From Octopus sinensis (taxonomy: Eukaryota), in assembly GCF_006345805.1 (NCBI RefSeq), contig NW_021830143.1, positions 1-5,241 of the forward strand: DNA of 5,241 nt, read 5' to 3'. Both the position numbers and the translations under genes were made by a program. Shown here in pieces: positions 1-5,241 of the stretch (positions are counted from its first letter, which is position 1; each line of letters begins with the position of its first letter). The notes beneath the pieces were generated by a model. It saw nothing but the letters and a program-made list of their open reading frames with translations, was not told where the DNA came from and ran no database searches.

Positions 1-95
1 TGGTTGTCCTGAAAACCAATGGCAATCTACCAGAGTACATTTAAAACAAATAAACCAAGACAAGAAACAACCGTAATTAAAAGATTACTTCCGTT

Positions 96-117
96 CTAAT
101 AAACACAACGAGCAAAC
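96..117 (-). other. Putative 22-nt spliceosomal intron near the helicase stop codon
   Basis: Minus strand GTTTGCTCGTTGTGTTTATTAG. Removal gives ...DPNSYERK*, close in length to the usual UAP56 C-terminus. The unspliced reading (SYGLLVVFIRTEVIF*) is also open, so this intron is less certain. Confidence 0.65.
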
Positions 118-562
118 CGTAGCTGTTGGGGTCGATCTTTTCAGGCAACTCATTAATAGTCACTTCGAACCTCTTCTGGACATCATTGAGCACTCCATTG
201 TCCGTACTGTTGGACACAAATCGTCCCGAAACGACCAGCCCTGGCAACTCGATGGAGGAAACTGTCCGCATCGTCAGGCATGTCGTAGTTGAAGACCACA
301 TTCACCCTCTCAATGTCCATTCCCCTCCCAAACAAATCAGTAGCAACGAGTATCCTCTTCTCAAAGTCTTTAAACAGTTGATATCTCTTAAGTCTCTCTT
401 CCTGCTGCATTCCCCGGTGGATGCATATCACTTCAAAATTCCCCGAGAGAAGTAGTTCGGTCAATGCAACCTCGTCTTGACGTTCTCCTCCAACTTGACA
501 TAGTACTGCTGCAGTCCGTGGAGGGTGAGTTTAGACTGGTCGTCGATGTATATCTCCAATGG

Positions 563-586
563 CTACACATTCGAGAACACACTCAC
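563..586 (-). other. 24-nt spliceosomal intron in the helicase gene
   Basis: Minus strand GTGAGTGTGTTCTCGAATGTGTAG, with a canonical GTGAGT donor. It is phase 0 and ends in an in-frame TAG. Removal restores the conserved KFMQD|PLEI junction exactly. Confidence 0.92.
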
Positions 587-715
587 ATCCTGCATAAACT
601 TGAGACAGACAGGGCGAATGGACTTGGGGAGAGTGGCACTGAACATGTGTGCTTATTTCCGTGCATTACTTCCCTGAATACAAAATTTTTCATTTTTTTT
701 AGTCATTTAGTTTTA

Positions 716-720
716 TTGGT
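716..720 (+). repeat. Left 5-bp target-site duplication (TTGGT) of the Ginger-type element
   Basis: TTGGT immediately precedes the terminal TGT at 721 and is identical to 2429-2433. Confidence 0.9.
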
Positions 721-773
721 TGTCACGCGCCATAAATGAAACGCGTGCCTAAAGTGAAACGCCGTGACCTTGA
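721..773 (+). repeat. Left TIR of the Ginger-type element
   Basis: TGTCACGCGCCATAAATGAAACGCGTGCCTAAAGTGAAACGCCGTGACCTTGA matches the reverse complement of 2375-2428 with 5 substitutions and 1 indel. It contains TGAAACGC twice (737-744, 755-762). Confidence 0.93.
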
Positions 774-997
774 ATTTAACCTTCAATTAAGCTCTTGACA
801 ATTATCAAGTCAATATTAAAGATGATTGCGCACTTTGAGATAATATTATCGAAATGAGATTTGCCAACATTGTAAAGGATGATCAGGAGTATAAGAATAT
901 TCTTGATTTTTTAATAAATAATACAATACCAGAAGATTTTTCAAGACTAAAAAGATTTCGTTTTCTCAAAAAATGTAAAAATTCGTAAATTCTGGAG

Positions 998-1019
998 GTA
1001 CTATTAAATCTAATGATAG
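998..1019 (+). other. Putative 22-nt intron in the integrase gene
   Basis: GTACTATTAAATCTAATGATAG, with branch-like CTAAT at 1010-1014. Splicing plus one extra A in the 977-981 run gives KKCKKFVNSGGVLYYK. The call depends on assuming that frameshift. Confidence 0.6.
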
Positions 1020-1290
1020 GTGTGCTATATTATAAACAATCTAATGGAAACAAAATATTGGTAATTGCCTCAAATGATTTCGAATCCATGAAACTGCATT
1101 GTGAAAGGATTCATTCAATTTATCACTATGGATTTAATAAAATGGAAGAGTATTGCAAAAATAATTTTTGCATAATCAATCGAAACATAATTAGGGATGT
1201 AATATCATCATGCCACAAATGTCAGCGAAGTCAGCCCTTAAAGACAAAATATCCACTAGTCAACATAGTAGCCAAAGAACCTCGAGAACG

Positions 1291-1314
1291 GTTCATTCAA
1301 TAGCTTATTTTTAG
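1291..1314 (+). other. 24-nt intron in the integrase gene, just before the first catalytic Asp
   Basis: GTTCATTCAATAGCTTATTTTTAG. It contains the in-frame TAG at 1301 that ends the listed 1013-1303 ORF. Removal gives EPRERYQVDLVD, the expected entry into the rve core. Confidence 0.85.
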
Positions 1315-2374
1315 CTATCAAGTTGATTTAGTCGATCTTTCGTTTTATGCAGATATAAATGATTCCTATAAATATCTTATGAATGTCATAGATATTTATT
1401 CAAAATTTTGCTTTGCTAAAAAAATAGAAAATAAAGAAGCAGTTACAGTTTCGGAATCATTGAAAACTATATTTCTTTCCTATGGTCCACCAAAAATTCT
1501 GCAGTCTGACAACGGAACATAATTTGTTAATTCAGAAATAACGTCATTATGTGAAGAATTTAAAATAATTCATAAAAGGGGACGTCCAAGACATCCAGAA
1601 TCACAGGGACAAGTGGAGCGTTGCAATCAAACCATTTGCAGATGGATTCAAAAAGAACTCACAGACAAACAGAAAAAATGGGTGGATGTGTTAGAAAAAA
1701 TTGTATATCAGTACAATATTTCAATTCATTCTTCTATAAATATGTCACCATTTATGGCTTTTTTCCGAACAAGAGGATATAACATTTCTTAATATAATGA
1801 TGATGAATTAATTGAAGAACATGAAAATCAAACTATCATAAATGACAAATATCTTGAAAGAATGGAACGAAATTTTTCAAAAACATTGAAAGAAATTGCA
1901 ATTGGAAATAATGTTTTGCTGAAAAAAGATTTTGATACAATCAAAGGACGAAGAAGCGAAAATTAGAATCTTTTTATCATCAACAAATCTTTACTGTTGA
2001 AGATTTAATTTCAAATAATAGAGTTAAAATAAAAGATCAAGATGGAAATGAAAAAATAGTATTTAAATCACAAGTTAAAAAAATTTAGACAGGTAAATTT
2101 TCAGGTTAAAATATTTTTAATTTTTTGGTAATTTTAAAATGGCTAACCATTATTTAAATAAATTGTTAATCTTTCAAACGATAATAATAAAAAATTCCAA
2201 GAAAGAAAGAAAAAAAAAGTAAGCAATTGGGTGGCTAAGGGAATTGTCGAGAGCCTGAGGGTCAGCTCAACGATGCCGCGCTGCGTATTGAGTGGCAAAA
2301 AAAATTGATTTCTCGTTTTATTCCTGTTTTCATCAAAGGATTGTTATTTTTTTTCGAGGTTTTTTGTGGTTTTC

Positions 2375-2428
2375 TCAAGGTTCACAGCGTTTCACTTTAG
2401 GCACGCGTTTCATCCATTGCGCGCGACA
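2375..2428 (-). repeat. Right TIR of the Ginger-type element
   Basis: Reverse complement reads TGTCGCGCGCAATGGATGAAACGCGTGCCTAAAGTGAAACGCTGTGAACCTTGA, matching 721-773. Confidence 0.93.
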
Positions 2429-2433
2429 TTGGT
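2429..2433 (+). repeat. Right 5-bp target-site duplication (TTGGT)
   Basis: Directly follows the terminal ACA and is identical to 716-720. Confidence 0.9.
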
Positions 2434-2483
2434 TTTCGTTCAGTTTCCTCTAAATAGTTCATAATTATGTATTTTTATTAATA

Positions 2484-2506
2484 CAGTATAACCTCCATTT
2501 GGGGCA
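2484..2506 (+). repeat. Left TIR of the pogo/Tigger element
   Basis: CAGTATAACCTCCATTTGGGGCA is the exact reverse complement of 4369-4391. Confidence 0.97.
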
Positions 2507-2630
2507 GACCTCTGGCTTGGGGAACCTCTATTTTTGGGGAAACCTCTATTTTTGGGGTAGTTTGAAAAGGATATAATTTTTATGCGGTAATTTCCAAATT
2601 TAGAAATTACCGGAACCTCTAAGTGGGGCA
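2507..2630 (+). repeat. Left subterminal repeats of the TIR core (ACCTCY-N5-7-GGGG), likely transposase-binding sites
   Basis: Copies at 2508-2522 (ACCTCTGGCTTGGGG), 2523-2539 and 2541-2557 (AACCTCTATTTTTGGGG), and 2614-2630 (AACCTCTAAGTGGGGCA). All are in the left-TIR orientation. Confidence 0.85.
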
Positions 2631-2729
2631 CAGGATTTTTAATTTATATACATATTTGCTATTAAAATTAAAATTAATTATATAAAATTTCATTTGGAAG
2701 CCTCGTGTAATTTTTGTATTCTTGTTGTT

Positions 2730-4166
2730 ATGGCTCGTAAGCTTAGTCTTGAGTTAAAGATCAAAATTGCCAAGGAATTAAGTGAAAATAAACATCTTAC
2801 TGAACGAGATATTGTAGATAAGTACAAAATTAGTAAAGGTTTTTTATTAATGTAAGTTTTTAGGCGCTGTGTCACGTATTAAAAAAAATTATCTCAATTT
2901 TTTTAATACTGGGGCTGTTCAAACAGATTTTCCCAGAAATATTCAACGCTCTCCTCATACTTTATCCCAAAAATTGGATAAAATTGTTTTTGAGGCTTTC
3001 ACCAAGACAAGGGAAGAATTTATTCCTGTGTCCGGTCCTCTTTTAAAAAATATTGCTTCCAAAGTAGCAAGGATGTTGAATTATTCGGCGTTCAAAGGGT
3101 CCAATGGCTGGTTGGAAAAATTTAAGAAAAGACATATGTTGTCATTTAAGACAATTAGTGGAGAGAAAAACTCTTCCGATGTTTCTTCGCTTGATATGTT
3201 TTTTTCCAAGTATGATGAATACGTAAAAGAATATGGTCTTCAAAATATTTTTAATTGCGACGAAACTGGGTTATATATTAAAAGGATACCTTCAAAATCA
3301 TTTGTAAGTTCGGATGAAGATTGTTTCGGAATTAAAAGGAGTAAAGAAAAATTCACTATTCTTTTGTCGGTCAGTGCTTGTGGCGAAAAATTGAAGCCAT
3401 TGTTAGTAGGAAAATATAAATCCCCACGTTGTATGAAAAACTTTAACCCTGAAGAACATGGAGTTTCATATTCATCATCTAAAAACAGTTGGATGACATC
3501 AGAAATATTTATTACATGGCTCACCATTACAAATGAACAAATGATTACGCAAAAGAGAAAAATTGTTTTGTTACTTGATAACGCAAGCTGTCACAAATAT
3601 ATCCATCTTTCCAACATTGAATTGTTTTTTCTCCCAAAAAATACAACCTCATTAATTCAACCGTTAGACATGGGTATTATTAAATCTTTCAAGTCCAATT
3701 ATCTTAACGCTTTATTGGATTTTACTCTTTATTTTGAGGACGTTGAGTTACAAATGGTTAATTTAAAAAATAAATCTTTGTCATGTCGTAAAATTGTTGA
3801 ACAAACGTGGCAAAATTTAAATCCTTAAACAATAACGAATTGTTGGGAAACAATTAATAACTCTCGGCAACAGATTCCTAGTTCAATTTTTTAGTTGACA
3901 GTGACGAAGAAAATTTGGACACGATAATTGCAGACGTAATTGCTGAAAATGAAGAACATGATGATGAGTCAATATATGATCAAACTGAATGGAACTGTTC
4001 ACACTTGGACACGATAACAGCAATGAATAACCTTGAAGAGAATATTCACCGTTTGTTTCCAGATGCGTTAAAAGACTATTACAATTTCATAAAAATATTG
4101 GGCATAAATATGAAGAAATCTGCAACAGGAAACAAAATAACAGATTATTTTTGTGTAATAGAATAA
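2730..4166 (+). pseudogene. pogo/Tigger transposase (~470 aa reconstructed), with one intron, one nonsense codon and one frameshift
   Basis: Exon 1 (2730-2838, MARKLSLELKIKIAKELSENKHLTERDIVDKYKISK) joins exon 2 (2864 onward, GAVSRIKK) to form a CENP-B/psq-type HTH. Second HTH: IPVSGPLLK...FKGSNGWLEKFKKRH. Catalytic Asp residues in NCDETG (3259), LLLDNASCH (3577) and IQPLDMGII (3667), giving DD29D. TAA at 3826-3828 interrupts NLNP*TITNCW. A frameshift at 3887-3892 leads into an acidic tail ending KITDYFCVIE* (4166); AATAAA overlaps the stop. Confidence 0.93.
2839..2863 (+). other. 25-nt intron in the transposase HTH region
   Basis: GTTTTTTATTAATGTAAGTTTTTAG. If retained, the frame hits TAA at 2853. 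Removal joins two frames into ISKGAVSRIKK and supplies the ATG that the listed 2869 ORF lacks. Confidence 0.9.
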
Positions 4167-4316
4167 AAATTTTTTTCTACTTGAAAAATACTCTAATTAT
4201 CAATAAAATTAGTGGAAAACATGTTTAAATGTTCTTAAAAATACTTTATTTATTTATAAATTAATGAAAAATATGCTAAAACTATTAAAATTTTTATAAA
4301 AATAAAGAAAATTTCA

Positions 4317-4353
4317 GACCTCCATTTTTGGGGAAACCTCTATTTTTGGGGCA
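4317..4353 (+). repeat. Right subterminal repeats, in the same orientation as the left-end copies
   Basis: GACCTCCATTTTTGGGG (4317-4333) and AACCTCTATTTTTGGGG (4335-4351). Bases 4324-4351 are identical to 2530-2557. Confidence 0.88.
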
Positions 4354-4368
4354 ATTTTTCAAAATTGA

Positions 4369-4391
4369 TGCCCCAAATGGAGGTTATACTG
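4369..4391 (-). repeat. Right TIR of the pogo/Tigger element
   Basis: TGCCCCAAATGGAGGTTATACTG, followed by TA. Confidence 0.97.
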
Positions 4392-4587
4392 TAGCTAAAA
4401 CCACTATACATTACTCATCACACCAACAAAGTCGTATTTATAATATTTAATAATTTAATAAAATACAAGCGAAATTTTAAAATTAATCAAAAACCAATTA
4501 AATCTTTGAATATTAAGGATGATGATTTTTGGGGTAACTATTGGTGAGTCTCTAATGTCATTACATGTAGTTTTTCACCCCCAGCAG

Positions 4588-5153
4588 TTACTCCAGAAAC
4601 TCGAGGGCAGTCCTGATTTGAGAAGGGCGGAATATTTTTTTGTCCGTTTTGGCCACGAGACTTTCGATGAGTTCTGAAAAGTCAAGATGAACAAGTTTGT
4701 GTGTCAGCAGAATGGACAATCTGGAGACGCAGGTGGTCTGCATTGTCGTACTTTTCAACTCGAGTCCGTGCTTCACCAGCAATCTGAGCAGATTCTGTCC
4801 CCCTGTCGACACTTCCTGAACATTAGGTGGAGCACTCGCATGGCTTTGAGAGCATTTGAGAGTTTACTGTCGCAAATGCGGTTGATCACGTGGGGCATCA
4901 TTCTGGTGATGAACGAGTCTCTTTGTTGACCCAGCTGGGTTATGCACGTTTTGGTCAACGACAGGAATTTCTGTCGATTCGTCCAATTCGGGTCGACTGA
5001 CAATTTCCGCAGGGATTTGCACACAAAGTCAAGGTTATCCTCCACCGAGTCATTGAGGAGGGATGTGATTTCTTCCTCAATGTCTTCTGAGTGTCTTTCC
5101 GAATAGATTGTCTGTTCACAATTGTTGTTATCCACAAATGAACAACAATTATT
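4588..5153 (-). pseudogene. TOGARAM1: HEAT/TOG-domain gene fragment resembling the first TOG domain of TOGARAM/FAM179/Crescerin; frameshifted, with both ends unresolved
   Basis: Listed ORFs 4773-5135 and 4588-4812 join if one base is added to the C5 run at 4799-4803: ...DPNWTNRQKFL...HVINRICDSKLSNALKAMRVLHLMFRKCRQGGQNLLRLLVKHGLELKSTTMQTTCVSRLSILLTHKLVHLDFSELIESLVAK...RTALEFLE*. This parallels my recollection of human TOGARAM1 TOG1 (ALQILHICLKR...VLRTLIQQGLE...LPILLT...LDLTEVIISLARKL). The assignment is family-level and from memory. An in-frame TGA lies upstream at 5156-5154 and no ATG was found. Confidence 0.6.
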
Positions 5154-5241
5154 TCAACGACAATTATGATTCCTACTTCCGAAGTGGCAATCATCTGAAC
5201 TACTCCTCACCCCCCTGCCCCACGAAATGGGTCAAGACTAT

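Larger units (their letters stand above)
85..646 (-). pseudogene. DDX39B: UAP56/SUB2 (DDX39) DEAD-box RNA helicase, 3' half only, with two introns and two frame-breaking internal deletions
   Basis: Manual minus-strand translation: MFSATLPKSIRPVCLKFMQD (646-587), intron, [31 protein letters not shown] (562-471), frame change, [83 protein letters not shown] (470-222), frame change, [34 protein letters not shown], intron, ERK* (stop 87-85). Motifs III (SAT), V and VI ([10 protein letters not shown], typical of UAP56) are present. The Q motif and motifs I and II are absent from the window. Confidence 0.92.
854..2088 (+). pseudogene. Ginger-type integrase/transposase (~396 aa reconstructed), with 2 introns, 2 frameshifts and 2 nonsense codons
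   Basis: Reconstructed exons are 854-997, 1020-1290 and 1315-2088. Zinc-binding motif H-x3-H-x28-C-x2-C (IHSIYHYG...SCHKC). Catalytic residues: QVD (1325), SDNG (1508) and QGQVER (1616), giving DD35E. Also present: YKYLMNVIDIYSKF, YGPPKILQSDNG, GRPRHPESQG and a C-terminal ...RVKIKDQDGNEKIVFKSQVKKI* (TAG 2086-2088). In-frame TAA at 1520 and 1790; -1 frameshifts near 977-981 and 1939-1940. Confidence 0.9.
721..2428 (+). mobile_element. Ginger-type (Gypsy-integrase-like, probably Ginger2/TDD-related) DNA transposon, full length, 1708 bp, non-functional as assembled
   Basis: TGT...ACA termini, 53/54-bp imperfect TIRs, a 5-bp TSD and a single internal gene encoding only an H2C2 + rve-type integrase. 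No gag, protease, RT or LTRs are present. Confidence 0.88.
2484..4391 (+). mobile_element. pogo/Tigger-family (Tc1/mariner-related) DNA transposon, full length, 1908 bp
   Basis: Perfect 23-bp TIRs beginning CAGT, TA on both sides (2482-2483, 4392-4393) and an internal HTH + DDD transposase gene. Confidence 0.95.

Noticed and set aside
1-76. 3' end of a convergent + strand gene (VVLKTNGNLPEYI* at 3-44 with AATAAA at 49-54, or an open frame to 76)
   Set aside because: Too short to support from this window alone.
583-693. Minus-strand ORF from ATG 693 (MKNFVFREVMHGNKH...), with VFR...H faintly echoing UAP56 IFR...H
   Set aside because: It is out of frame with MFSAT, stops after 36 codons and is far less similar than the neighbouring conserved sequence.
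2255-2300. Hammerhead ribozyme, SECIS or Helitron 3' end in the GC-rich island
   Set aside because: It lacks the CUGANGA/GAAA core, the SECIS AUGA/AA/GA arrangement and a terminal CTAG.
721-2428. LTR retrotransposon or Polinton remnant as the source of the integrase
   Set aside because: The ends are inverted rather than direct repeats, the TSD bounds a 1.7-kb unit, and there is no gag, RT, RNase H or PolB sequence.
2490-2630. CRISPR-like array
   Set aside because: The repeats are ~17-bp copies of the TIR core with almost no spacers, in a eukaryotic transposon context.
2852-2863. Perfect GTAAGT donor inside the pogo intron
   Set aside because: It would give a 12-nt intron and a frame that stops within a few codons. 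The donor at 2839 restores the HTH.
3881-3894. 14-nt GT-AG segment whose removal would also fix the pogo frameshift
   Set aside because: Much shorter than the 22-25 nt introns seen here. One missing T in the 3887-3892 run explains the shift equally well. RNA-seq would decide.
644-4567. A third, outer transposon enclosing both elements (ACATGT near both spacer ends)
   Set aside because: The match is only a 6-bp palindrome, with no extended TIR or TSD.
1520-4590. Stop-codon reassignment (TAA = Glu), suggested by TAA at 1520 (DNGT*F), 3826 (P*TITNCW) and 4590 (LE*LLG), where Glu would fit
   Set aside because: GAA is abundant in the same AT-rich frames while internal TAA is rare, and TAA/TAG sit at the natural ends (87-85, 2086, 4164). 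Single-base nonsense mutations are simpler.
126-5194. Listed ORFs 126-455, 464-739, 2440-2631, 2690-2875, 3240-3527, 4687-4929 and 4955-5194 as genes
   Set aside because: They are antisense or alternate-frame shadows of the identified genes or cross element boundaries, and show no recognisable motifs.

Overview
Eukaryotic genomic DNA from a host with extremely short spliceosomal introns (22-25 nt). Two complete DNA transposons, both on the + strand and 55 bp apart, fill the middle. (1) A 1708-bp Ginger-type element (721-2428) with TGT...ACA ends, ~53-bp imperfect TIRs, a 5-bp TTGGT target duplication and a disrupted H2C2 + DD35E integrase gene. (2) A 1908-bp pogo/Tigger element (2484-4391) with perfect 23-bp TIRs, a TA duplication and a disrupted DD29D transposase gene. 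Both AT-rich transposase genes can only be read after removing GT-AG micro-introns of 22-25 nt, the same size class as the two introns in the host gene. The flanks are broken, GC-richer host genes on the - strand. Left: the 3' half of a UAP56/SUB2 DEAD-box helicase with two internal deletions (85-646). Right: a TOG/HEAT fragment resembling TOGARAM/Crescerin TOG1 (4588-5153). All family assignments come from motif recognition and recalled sequences; no database search was run. Several frameshifts could be long-read consensus errors.
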